Shown here piece by piece: positions 19,184 through 27,263 of a stretch of DNA of 62,529 nt; position 1 is the first letter of the stretch; the number at the start of each line of letters is the position of its first letter. Made by a program: the position numbers and the translations under genes. The DNA is from Candidatus Nomurabacteria bacterium (GTDB lineage Bacteria; Patescibacteriota; Minisyncoccia; Phycocordibacterales; Phycocordibacteraceae). The notes beneath the pieces were generated by a model. That model saw nothing but the letters and a program-made list of their open reading frames with translations. It searched no databases and was not told the DNA's origin. The stretch covers positions 1 to 62,529 of the forward strand of contig CALRBA010000002.1 in NCBI GenBank assembly GCA_943353835.1. Reading direction: 5' to 3'.

Positions 19184-20644
19184 ATGGAGTGGTTACGTAC
19201 CATATTCGGGATCCGTGAGCGAAAAAAGCATGGCCTGCCATCACCTGTTTTTCTCACCAACACGCTCTCGGGCAAGAAAGAACTTTTCATATCACAGCGA
19301 CCCGGGATCGTTCTCTTTTATTCCTGCGGGCCGACGGTCTACGGTCCGGCATTGATTGGTAATCTCCGCGCATACGTCTTTTCAGACACGATTGCTCGGG
19401 TATTACAATGCGCCGGCTACAGAGTACAACGCGTAATCAATATCACCGATGTCGGACATATGGTCGGTGACAATGATGTTGGTGAAGATAAAATGAGTGT
19501 TGGTGCAAAACGAGAAAAGGCCACACCGGAAGAAATTGCCGATCGCTACACCAAACTTTTTATTGAAGATCTAGAGGACTTGCATATACACACTGAAGAT
19601 ATTCAATTCCCTCGCGCAACTGCATATATAAAAGAACAAATAGCACTAGCAAAAACACTAGAAGAAAAAGGGATTGCTTATCGTCTGTCGGACGGTCTCT
19701 ACTTTGACACGCAAAAGTTTCCAAACTACGGGAAGCTAGGAGGTCTCTCTGGTGTAAAACTTGAAGCCGGTGCGCGCGTGAAGGTCGTACAAGGAAAGCG
19801 TCATCCTGCCGACTTTGTCCTCTGGAGAGTCGCAAAGCCAAACGATCTCCAGCAGTGGGACAGCCCGTGGGGACGTGGGAATCCCGGTTGGCATATAGAA
19901 TGTTCAGCTATGATTCGCTCGCTCCTAGGACAAGAAATAGACATCCACAGCGGAGGAGAAGACCTTATCGCGACTCATCACAACAATGAAATCGCTCAGT
20001 CAGAAGCGATAAGTGGCCGAACATTTGTTCATTATTGGATGCACAATGCATTTCTAACTATGGGTGGCGAGAAAATCTCAAAATCGCTTGGGAATGGTTT
20101 TTCTCTCTCTGATGTTGTCTCAAAAAGATTCCATCCTCTTTCTGTACGTTACTTTTTCTTACAGGCACACTACCGCACTCCCCTTTCCTTCTCGTGGGAA
20201 GCACTCGCGGGAGCAGAAAGCGCTCTTGATAGGCTTTGGAAAATCTCACGCAATGTTGCGGGTGAGTCCAGACGCAAGGGAGCACATTCCGAGGTACGCG
20301 AACGATTCCTCGCATCTATGCGTGACGACCTTGCTACCCCGCAAGCGCTTGGCATTCTTTGGGACTCTCTGAAAAGCGAGGATTACACACCTGAAGAAAA
20401 ATGGGGACTGATTGAAGATGCAGATACACATCTTGGTCTCTCACTTGTTAATACTCCTCCGGTTGATGCTCTAAAAGAAGAAGATATCCCGATTCAGATA
20501 CGAGATCTTCTCATGCGTCGCGAAACTGCGCGCGCTCATAAGGATTTCAAGACAGCCGATCGCATTCGTGATGAAATAGAAAAGAGTGGATATCATGTGG
20601 ATGACGGCCCATTTGGAGCAGTGTTGACTCGGACGACTTTTTGA
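19184..20644 (+). CDS. cysS: Cysteinyl-tRNA synthetase
   Basis: CGPTVYGP...IGNLRAY (HIGH region) and KISKSLGN (KMSKS). Start set at ATG 19184, just after the corA-like stop. Confidence 0.9.
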   Translation: MEWLRTIFGIRERKKHGLPSPVFLTNTLSGKKELFISQRPGIVLFYSCGPTVYGPALIGNLRAYVFSDTIARVLQCAGYRVQRVINITDVGHMVGDNDVGEDKMSVGAKREKATPEEIADRYTKLFIEDLEDLHIHTEDIQFPRATAYIKEQIALAKTLEEKGIAYRLSDGLYFDTQKFPNYGKLGGLSGVKLEAGARVKVVQGKRHPADFVLWRVAKPNDLQQWDSPWGRGNPGWHIECSAMIRSLLGQEIDIHSGGEDLIATHHNNEIAQSEAISGRTFVHYWMHNAFLTMGGEKISKSLGNGFSLSDVVSKRFHPLSVRYFFLQAHYRTPLSFSWEALAGAESALDRLWKISRNVAGESRRKGAHSEVRERFLASMRDDLATPQALGILWDSLKSEDYTPEEKWGLIEDADTHLGLSLVNTPPVDALKEEDIPIQIRDLLMRRETARAHKDFKTADRIRDEIEKSGYHVDDGPFGAVLTRTTF

Positions 20645-20658
20645 TACAATTGGTCTTA

Positions 20659-22026
20659 ATGGCTACCATTACAGACCGGAACAGAGTTCCTCCACAGTCT
20701 CTTGAATCGGAGCGAGCCCTCTTGGGCGCGCTCCTACTGAAGCCAGACGCTATTCATGATGTTCTGGACATTATTCATTCGGACTCATTCTATGCTGAGA
20801 AACACCGTCTTATATTCGGCGCGATGCACGAGCTCGCGGGACGTGGAGAGCCGATTGACCTTCTCACTCTCTCGCAGAAGATGCAGGACCAGGGGCTTCT
20901 GGAGCGTGGTGGAGGGCGTTCTTATCTAGCTGAGCTTGTCGGTTCGGCTCCGGCTCCGGGAAATTTTTCTCATTATGCCGAGCTCGTCTCGCGTAAATCA
21001 CTGATGCGTTCATTGATTGATGCCGCATACAATATCGGCGAACTAGCATACGACGAAGCGCGCGACACAATGGAGGTGTTAGATGAAGCAGAAAAAAGTA
21101 TTTATGCCATCGGGGATGCCTCTTCAGCACATACATTCACAGCCATCGGCGACAAGATTCACGAGGCATGGGACCGCATTGAAGCGTTGTCTAAGAAAGA
21201 GGGGGGTATTCGCGGTGTGCCATCGGGTTTCCCCGACCTGGACAATCTCCTTTCTGGCTTCCACCCATCAGACCTCATTATTATCGCGGCACGTCCGTCA
21301 GTCGGCAAGACCTCGCTCGCTCTGGATATCGCTCGTAACGCCGCAGTGCGCCACAACGTCCCCGTCGGCATCTTCTCGCTTGAAATGAGCTCCGAGCAGA
21401 TTATTGACCGTATGCTTTCTGCAGAATCATTCGTAAACTCATGGAAACTGCGCACGGGACAAGTTAAGGAGGAAGAGGATTTCAATCGTATCCGCGACGC
21501 GTTGGAAACGCTTTCAAAGGCTCCAATCTACATTGACGATAAGCCGGGCAACAACATTCTCGCGATGCGCGCGGTCGCGCGAAGACTCAAACGCGACCGC
21601 GGTATCGGGCTTATTATAGTTGACTATCTTCAACTCATGGCGCCGACTTCAACAAAGGCTTCTGACTCTATGGTCCAGCAAGTGACTGAAATCTCACGCT
21701 CGTTGAAGGGCCTCGCGCGCGAACTTAAAGTGCCGGTCATCGCGCTCTCCCAGCTCTCACGCGCGGTAGAACAGCGCGGAGGCAGGCCTCGCCTCTCCGA
21801 CCTGCGCGATTCTGGAAGCATTGAACAGGATGCCGACGTTGTTATATTCATACATCGCGACGATAAGACAAATAAAGAAAGCGAGCGCCCGAACATCGCA
21901 GAAATTATGATAGAAAAGCATCGTAACGGCCCGATTGGTAAAGTGGAATTGTACTTTGACAATAAACGCACGACCTTCCAGCCGGTAGATAAGTCGGGCT
22001 ACGGCGAACTGGCCGCAGAATTCTAA
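20659..22026 (+). CDS. dnaB: Replicative DNA helicase DnaB
   Basis: N-terminal PPQSLESERALLGALL and Walker A ARPSVGKTSLAL. Normal length, so no intein. Confidence 0.95.
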   Translation: MATITDRNRVPPQSLESERALLGALLLKPDAIHDVLDIIHSDSFYAEKHRLIFGAMHELAGRGEPIDLLTLSQKMQDQGLLERGGGRSYLAELVGSAPAPGNFSHYAELVSRKSLMRSLIDAAYNIGELAYDEARDTMEVLDEAEKSIYAIGDASSAHTFTAIGDKIHEAWDRIEALSKKEGGIRGVPSGFPDLDNLLSGFHPSDLIIIAARPSVGKTSLALDIARNAAVRHNVPVGIFSLEMSSEQIIDRMLSAESFVNSWKLRTGQVKEEEDFNRIRDALETLSKAPIYIDDKPGNNILAMRAVARRLKRDRGIGLIIVDYLQLMAPTSTKASDSMVQQVTEISRSLKGLARELKVPVIALSQLSRAVEQRGGRPRLSDLRDSGSIEQDADVVIFIHRDDKTNKESERPNIAEIMIEKHRNGPIGKVELYFDNKRTTFQPVDKSGYGELAAEF

Positions 22027-22631
22027 TGGACCATATTGAAGAACTCGCGCGTGCGCTAGCCAAGCTTCCCGGTATAGGGCCGAGGCAGGGTAAGCGTTTT
22101 GTGTATTATCTACTCTCAGCTCCTGTGACTGAACGCGCAAAGCTCGCTGAACTTATTACATCGCTCGGAAAAGATGTTAGACAATGCTCTGAGTGCTTAC
22201 GTTTTTATAACGGAGGAAGTACAGCAACTATTTGTAATTATTGTTCCGACAAAACGCGCGATGATGCACTCCTGATGCTGGTAGAAAAAGACCAGGACCT
22301 TTCTGCAGTAGAGCGCGCCGGTACCTATCGCGGGCGCTACTTCGTCCTAGGCGGAGTACTGACCCTTTCTGGCAAGGGCACTATTCGTGAAAAAGAATTA
22401 TTAAAAATTGTTGAAAAAAGATTGGAAAATAATTTGAAGGAGATAGTCCTCGCGCTCTCGGCGACCAGCGAGGGCGAGCATACTACAGACCGCGTACGCG
22501 AACTCCTCGCGCCGTATCGCGACCATTTAAAAATTTCAGAACTCGGTCGCGGTCTTGCTACCGGCAGTGAGCTGGAATACTCCGACGCCGAGACCCTGCG
22601 CGCCGCCCTCACCAACCGCAAAGAAACTTAA
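22026..22631 (+). CDS. recR: Recombination protein RecR
   Basis: LPGIGPRQGKRFVYYL HhH motif, Cys4 zinc finger (CSEC...CNYC) and Toprim segment. Confidence 0.95.
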   Translation: MDHIEELARALAKLPGIGPRQGKRFVYYLLSAPVTERAKLAELITSLGKDVRQCSECLRFYNGGSTATICNYCSDKTRDDALLMLVEKDQDLSAVERAGTYRGRYFVLGGVLTLSGKGTIREKELLKIVEKRLENNLKEIVLALSATSEGEHTTDRVRELLAPYRDHLKISELGRGLATGSELEYSDAETLRAALTNRKET

Positions 22632-22637
22632 CAGATT

Positions 22638-23978
22638 CTAGCGGCCTTGAACGAAAGTGAGAGCCTTCCCTTTGAGAGCAGCACGACCGGTACGACCGAT
22701 ACGGTGGATGTAATCCTCGTAGGTGGATGGCAGGTCGTAATTGATAACGTGTGAGACGGCAGGAATGTCTATACCGCGGGCCGCTACGTCGGTCGCCACG
22801 AGCACACTCACCTTCCCTGCCTTAAAGGTCTCCAGCGCCCGCTGGCGCGCACCTTGGGTCTTATTGCCGTGGATGCTCTCGGCGTGAATGTGCAGCCGCG
22901 AGAGCGCCTTGGCGAGCTTCTCTACACCGAACTTGGTCCGACCGAAGACAAGCACCTTGCTGAATTCGCGGTCTTTGAGCATCTCGGCGAGTACATCAAA
23001 CTTATCCTTCCCTCTTGGGATGCGCACAATGTCTTGGTCAACGCTTGATGGTGTATCACGAGTCTTTACTGAGATAATGACCGGCTGGTCTAGAAAATCG
23101 CCAATGAGTTTTTGAATATCCTTCCCCATCGTCGCCGAGAAAAATAGCGTGTGGCGCTCCTTACGCATCTTGGAAAGAATCGTGCGCATATCATCTATGA
23201 AGCCCATGTCCAACATGCGGTCTGCTTCGTCAAGAACAACAGTGCCAAACCCAGTGAGTACAAGCGCGCGTCGCTCCATTAGGTCTTTCAGTCTACCTGG
23301 TGTGCCGATAACGAATGCTGGGTCGTGCTTCAGTTGAGAAATCTGCGGGCTGATGTTGGCACCACCAACAGCGACCATACCGCGGAAGCCAAGACCCCTC
23401 GCGAAGCCAGCAAGCTCCTTCTCTATCTGTACCGCAAGCTCGCGGGTGGGCGCCATAATGAGCACGCGCTCGCCCTTCTGCTTCATCACCTTATCAATAA
23501 GCGGAATAAGAAATGCCGCTGTCTTACCCGTTCCTGTCGCGGCGAGGCCGACAACATCTTGGCCCAAGAGAGCATGCGGAATAGCCTTGTCTTGAATCGG
23601 CGTAGGCGATACGTAATGGCGTGCTTCAATATTTTTCTTTAAATGCGAGTTGATATCAAAGTCAGAGAATTTGTGTTCCGGCACAAATACTGGTTCTTCG
23701 GTCGTGACGACCGTTTTGTTCATAAATTTAGAAATCTCGGCTTCGGTCTCGCCGAATACGCCGAAACCGCCTCGGCGCGCTGGTGCGCGTCCGCGACTGC
23801 TGAAACTTGATTTGCTACCGTACCCACCGCGTGCTGAACGTCCCGAAGGGAAGCGATTTTCTCCGCGACTGGCTGGAGCATTCTGATGCGACCCGAAGGA
23901 GCGAGAAAATCGCTTCCCCGAGGGACGACTACTACTCCCACTATTAGATGATTGATGATTCCAACGTCCTACTTGCAT
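22638..23978 (-). CDS. DEAD-box ATP-dependent RNA helicase with N-terminal R/G/S-rich tail
   Basis: AATGTGKTAAF, VLDEADRMLDMGF, SAT and HRIGRTGRA motifs. The first ~85 aa are low-complexity and Arg/Gly/Ser-rich. Confidence 0.9.
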   Translation of the reverse strand: MQVGRWNHQSSNSGSSSRPSGKRFSRSFGSHQNAPASRGENRFPSGRSARGGYGSKSSFSSRGRAPARRGGFGVFGETEAEISKFMNKTVVTTEEPVFVPEHKFSDFDINSHLKKNIEARHYVSPTPIQDKAIPHALLGQDVVGLAATGTGKTAAFLIPLIDKVMKQKGERVLIMAPTRELAVQIEKELAGFARGLGFRGMVAVGGANISPQISQLKHDPAFVIGTPGRLKDLMERRALVLTGFGTVVLDEADRMLDMGFIDDMRTILSKMRKERHTLFFSATMGKDIQKLIGDFLDQPVIISVKTRDTPSSVDQDIVRIPRGKDKFDVLAEMLKDREFSKVLVFGRTKFGVEKLAKALSRLHIHAESIHGNKTQGARQRALETFKAGKVSVLVATDVAARGIDIPAVSHVINYDLPSTYEDYIHRIGRTGRAALKGKALTFVQGR

Positions 23979-23994
23979 AATTGTTTGTTGCTAT

Positions 23995-24021
23995 AAATAA
24001 AAGCACAGGCCGAAGCCTTTG
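23995..24021 (-). terminator. Probable intrinsic terminator downstream of rplU
   Basis: On the minus strand: CAAAGGC-UUCG-GCCUGUG hairpin with a UUCG tetraloop, followed by CUUUUAUUU. Confidence 0.55.
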
Positions 24022-24050
24022 TATTGAAGTCTGCTCTCGAATGTAAGACG

Positions 24051-24368
24051 TTAAGAAATGGAGTCGATCTTGACCTTCAGAATTGGCTGGCGATGCCCTT
24101 TGCGCTTGTAGTAGCGACTCTTTGGCTTATACTTCACCACCTCGACTTTCTTATCTAATCCGGCGAGAACAACGGTGCCCTTGACCTCTGCACCCGAAAT
24201 CACGGGCACACCGATGGTCGTGTCCGAGCCGTTGTCTACGAGGAGCACCTCGTTAAATACAACCGTGTCACCCTTTTTCAAATCCCCTGGGAGCTTCTCT
24301 ATCTGAATAATGTCGCCATTAGAGACGACATACTGCTTCCCACCGGTCTTGATTACGGCCACTTCCAT
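24051..24368 (-). CDS. rplU: 50S ribosomal protein L21
   Basis: MEVAVIKTGGKQYVVSNGDII... is typical of L21. Internal ATG chosen (105 aa). Confidence 0.9.
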   Translation of the reverse strand: MEVAVIKTGGKQYVVSNGDIIQIEKLPGDLKKGDTVVFNEVLLVDNGSDTTIGVPVISGAEVKGTVVLAGLDKKVEVVKYKPKSRYYKRKGHRQPILKVKIDSIS

Positions 24369-24443
24369 AGTGCCTGTACCATAGCATTTGCTAGATAAAA
24401 AGACAAGGCGAGCCGTAGCTCGCCTTTTGCTGTATCGCACGGC

Positions 24444-24767
24444 TTACCCTGTCTGAGCCGCGAGCGACCCCTTCCTTACGATGCCCTTCTTCAGAGCCTG
24501 AGAAAGGCTCCGGTGCTTCTTGTACAAGAACGGCCACAGCTTGACCGGACCATATTTGCCTTCGCGGTAAAACACCTTGAAGACCAGATTGCCCGCCGCC
24601 TTATTTTTGACCAGCTTCGAGACGAACCGATAATCGCATTCCCAGAAATCTCGCTTCAAGCAGTCCTGGCACAGTACGCCCTTATGCATATTTTCAGACG
24701 GCAACTCAGTAGCGATTACCTCATTCGTGTGTGCGGTTGCTTCTACATACCATGTTTTGTTAGACAT
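24444..24767 (-). CDS. Hypothetical small protein (107 aa)
   Basis: ORF directly upstream of rplU. Start set at MSNKTWY, which is preceded by AAGGAGG. Confidence 0.5.
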   Translation of the reverse strand: MSNKTWYVEATAHTNEVIATELPSENMHKGVLCQDCLKRDFWECDYRFVSKLVKNKAAGNLVFKVFYREGKYGPVKLWPFLYKKHRSLSQALKKGIVRKGSLAAQTG

Positions 24768-24839
24768 CTCTGCCTCCTTATCTGTAATGAACCAGCCCAA
24801 ACTATATCAAAAAATAAAAAAGCTTCAACGTAACATTTA

Positions 24840-24873
24840 CTCCTTATTTCTTCCTATAGGACAAAATAAGGAG
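24840..24873. repeat. 34-bp dyad-symmetric element, divergent copy (CTCCTTATTTCTTCCTATAGGACAAAATAAGGAG)
   Basis: Same 8+5+8+5+8 layout with core CCTATAGG and arms CTCCTTAT/ATAAGGAG. Lies in the intergenic region downstream of rmuC. Confidence 0.7.
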
Positions 24874-24912
24874 CTAGTAATGTACACATCTACCGAAGTT
24901 TAACTTCGATAT

Positions 24913-25947
24913 TTACTCAAGCTCGGCCATTGGTTTATCTAGAAGTTCGGGTTCAATACCTATTTTAGCGTCGGCGATGCGGTAGACGTCTTTGTCTATC
25001 TTGCCGAGCTCTTTATAGCCGGCGTTATAGTGGCTGACTGAAGTGCCGAGCGAGACACCAAGCTTTTTATAAAATGACTCATAGGCAGCGACATGCTTCC
25101 CGAGCTCCCCTACCCTTTGCTGAATCTCCACTGCCTTTTCTTCTATTTTGAGCGCCTTGAGCCCCTGCATAACTGTTTGTAAATAAGCCAGAAAAGATGT
25201 TGGGGAAACTATAATGACTTTGTATTTGCTCGCCGCACGCTGAATGAGATTCTCATCTTCGCCACCACCGACCTGATTGGTCAGAAGGTCATAGTAGATG
25301 CCTTCGGATGGGATGAACATGAAGGCGAAGTCCATCGTTCCTTCCTCGGGACGGATATACTTCGCCGTCTCAGTGATGCGCATCTTGAGGTCGTTCACAA
25401 ATGCCTTCTCAAACGCCGGACGCTCCGCGTCCGGCGCATGCACTAGACGGTTGTAGTTATCGAGCGAGAACTTAGAGTCTATCGGCACGATTTTGTCGCT
25501 GACAAAAACAGCCGCATCAACTATTTCCCCATTTTTAAATGCATACTGCATCTGATACATCCCGGGGGGTAACACATTTTTCAGAACAGTTTCTAGATAA
25601 TACTCGCCGAGAATGCCGCGCTGTTTCGGATTTTTTAGAATGTCTTGCAGATTTTGCAACTGTTCGGCAAACCCTTGGGTCTGTCGACCGATTTCTTTTA
25701 CCGAAGTCACTTCCTGCGTAATTTCTTTAATGAGCCGGTTGGATTCAGAAAATTGTTTGTGGTAGCTTTCTTGCATTGCTTTAGAGGATTCTGCAACGCG
25801 CGCATCCAGCGTGCGTGCGAGCTCTTGCATCTGTTGTTGGAGGAGCACCATCCCGCTCCCCTCTTCGGGCGGTGCTTCGCGCTTGCGAAACAGGAGATAT
25901 ACGAGAACCAATACGGCGATAATGAGTGCAACAGCGACGATATCCAT
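24913..25947 (-). CDS. rmuC: DNA recombination protein RmuC
   Basis: N-terminal TM helix (MDIVAVALIIAVLVLVYLLF), coiled coil, and a C-terminal nuclease-like region with FMFIPSEGIYY. Start set at ATG 25947. Confidence 0.8.
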   Translation of the reverse strand: MDIVAVALIIAVLVLVYLLFRKREAPPEEGSGMVLLQQQMQELARTLDARVAESSKAMQESYHKQFSESNRLIKEITQEVTSVKEIGRQTQGFAEQLQNLQDILKNPKQRGILGEYYLETVLKNVLPPGMYQMQYAFKNGEIVDAAVFVSDKIVPIDSKFSLDNYNRLVHAPDAERPAFEKAFVNDLKMRITETAKYIRPEEGTMDFAFMFIPSEGIYYDLLTNQVGGGEDENLIQRAASKYKVIIVSPTSFLAYLQTVMQGLKALKIEEKAVEIQQRVGELGKHVAAYESFYKKLGVSLGTSVSHYNAGYKELGKIDKDVYRIADAKIGIEPELLDKPMAELE

Positions 25948-25968
25948 TCGTATAGTATACTCTGTCAT

Positions 25969-26424
25969 ATGGCTATCCACGAAACACTTAAGAAATCTAT
26001 TCCTGATGCACTTCGGGCGCATGACGAGGTAAAGCTTCGGACAATCCGCTCGCTCGTCACAGCGATGACGAACGAGGTCGTCGCCAAGAAACGAAAACCA
26101 GATGAATACCTCACCGACGATGAGGCATTCGTTGTTATTAAGCGTGCGGTCAATCAGCGCAAAGACTCTATAGAACAATTTGAGAAGGCATCCAGAAATG
26201 ACTTAGTAAAGCCCGAGAAAGCCGAACTAGTTATTCTGGAATCATATCTTCCCGCTATGATGAGTCGCGCCGAGATTATGACTATTGCAAAAGCAAAAAT
26301 GACCGAACTCGGCGTATCAACCAAGGCCGACGTCGGGAAATTCACTGGTACTTTAATGAAAGAGTTAAAGGGAAAAGCCGATGGCGGCGATGTGAAAGCT
26401 GTTGTGGACAGCTTGTTGTCGTGA
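25969..26424 (+). CDS. yqeY: GatB/YqeY-domain protein
   Basis: MAIHETLKKSIPDALRAHDEVKLRTIRSLVTAM... has typical YqeY length (151 aa) and pattern. The upstream part of the 259-aa ORF is antisense to rmuC. Confidence 0.8.
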   Translation: MAIHETLKKSIPDALRAHDEVKLRTIRSLVTAMTNEVVAKKRKPDEYLTDDEAFVVIKRAVNQRKDSIEQFEKASRNDLVKPEKAELVILESYLPAMMSRAEIMTIAKAKMTELGVSTKADVGKFTGTLMKELKGKADGGDVKAVVDSLLS

Positions 26425-26473
26425 TGAAAATAAGGTTTAATAATGGTCAGATTGTAACCACGGAGAATAATCC

Positions 26474-26719
26474 ATGAAAACGGAAGGAAAACCAAAACAA
26501 GTCCAGGAGGCGCGTTACCACGATGACCGCAAAGCTTTAAGCGCCATGGGTCGTAAAGGTGCGAGAATAGCTGCCGAGAATCGGGAACTGCAGAAAATAC
26601 GGAAGCAAAAAATCGTTGAAGAAGTAGCTGCAGAACAGGCCAAATTTCTCACTCTCTCGCCCGAAGGAGATGTTCTTCCGCCTGACCAAAATATAATTGA
26701 AGATTTTAAGAATCAATAG
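26474..26719 (+). CDS. Hypothetical small basic protein (weak KGG stress-repeat-like motif MGRKGA)
   Basis: 81-aa ORF followed by a strong intrinsic terminator. Confidence 0.45.
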   Translation: MKTEGKPKQVQEARYHDDRKALSAMGRKGARIAAENRELQKIRKQKIVEEVAAEQAKFLTLSPEGDVLPPDQNIIEDFKNQ

Positions 26720-26740
26720 ATTCTACGCGGATGGAGACTT

Positions 26741-26768
26741 AGCCGGTGACAACGCCGGCTTTTTTTTG
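26741..26768 (+). terminator. Intrinsic terminator
   Basis: AGCCGG-tgacaacg-CCGGCT hairpin followed by a T8 run. Confidence 0.85.
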
Positions 26769-26776
26769 TTATAAAA
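26760..26776 (+). promoter_or_regulatory. Extended -10 promoter box TTTTTTTTGTTATAAAA, copy 1
   Basis: TGT-TATAAA extended -10 preceded by a T-tract. An identical 17-mer precedes tRNA-Glu at 27159-27175. Confidence 0.55.
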
Positions 26777-26781
26777 GAAAT

Positions 26782-27141
26782 GAGGCCCTATCGTCCTTGA
26801 CTAAGAATATAAACACTACTACTCTGTACCATAGTAAGTAGCCCTTTCCACGGAACTCAACGAGAGGAGATACATCGAGCGCGGCGGAAGTTCCTTGTCG
26901 TTGCCTGAAGAATGCGGTGGCATTTTTTCTTTCAGGCGCAGGAATGGAGCGTCTGGCGAAAGCGTGGTTCTTGATTGGTGATCTAAGGACCATCCCGATA
27001 TCTCTATCTTCCTCCTTTAAGATAGGATCAACTTGATGTCCCGTGGTCACTAAGCTTGCTCTGCCATCGCAAGTTTCATTGCGGGCAAGAAAAGAACTGA
27101 ATCCATTCACGCACCCAGTATTACGGGTGCGTTCTATTTTT
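26782..27141 (+). ncRNA. Candidate structured ncRNA of unknown family (~360 nt, promoter to terminator)
   Basis: No plus-strand ORF of 60 aa or more. Bounded by the stable-RNA-like promoter box and a terminator (ACGCACCC-agtattac-GGGTGCGT followed by TCTATTTTTAT). Multiple internal hairpins, for example GCCTGAAGAATGC-GGTG-GCATT..TTCAGGC and CTATCTT-CCTCCTTT-AAGATAG. Confidence 0.5.
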
Positions 27142-27158
27142 ATACTTCCCTCTCTCAG

Positions 27159-27175
27159 TTTTTTTTGTTATAAAA
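27159..27175 (+). promoter_or_regulatory. Extended -10 promoter box TTTTTTTTGTTATAAAA, copy 2 (tRNA-Glu promoter)
   Basis: The -10 TATAAA ends 8 nt before the mature tRNA 5' end. Confidence 0.6.
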
Positions 27176-27182
27176 CATACAT

Positions 27183-27254
27183 GGCTCCATCGTCTAACGG
27201 TTAGGACAAGGCCTTCTCAAGGCTTAAATCGGGGTCCGATTCCCCGTGGAGTCA
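27183..27254 (+). tRNA. tRNA-Glu (anticodon CUC), no encoded CCA
   Basis: Manual cloverleaf: acceptor GGCTCCA/TGGAGTC, D stem GTCT/GGAC, anticodon stem AGGCC/GGCTT with loop TTCTCAA, T stem CGGGG/CCCCG with loop TCCGATT. Confidence 0.85.
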
Positions 27255-27263
27255 CACATTAAA

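Noticed and set aside
25645-26178. Long N-terminal extensions of yqeY (from 25645) and rmuC (to 26178)
   Set aside because: Each extension is antisense to the other gene. The family-typical N-termini start at 25969 and 25947.
26886-27098. Possible RNase P RNA (GGAAGUUCC resembling CR-I, and CAAG-AAAA-GAACU able to pair with it like P4)
   Set aside because: The universal CR-I (GGAAAGUCC) and CR-V (ACAGAA..GGCUUA) sequences are not present, and I could not build P1-P3 or P15 convincingly. I left the family as unknown pending a covariance-model search.
26769-27110. 113-aa minus-strand ORF covering most of the tRNA-Glu upstream region
   Set aside because: The composition is implausible and no RBS or promoter logic supports it. 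It lies antisense to a promoter-to-terminator unit. I treat it as a spurious ORF over a probable ncRNA.
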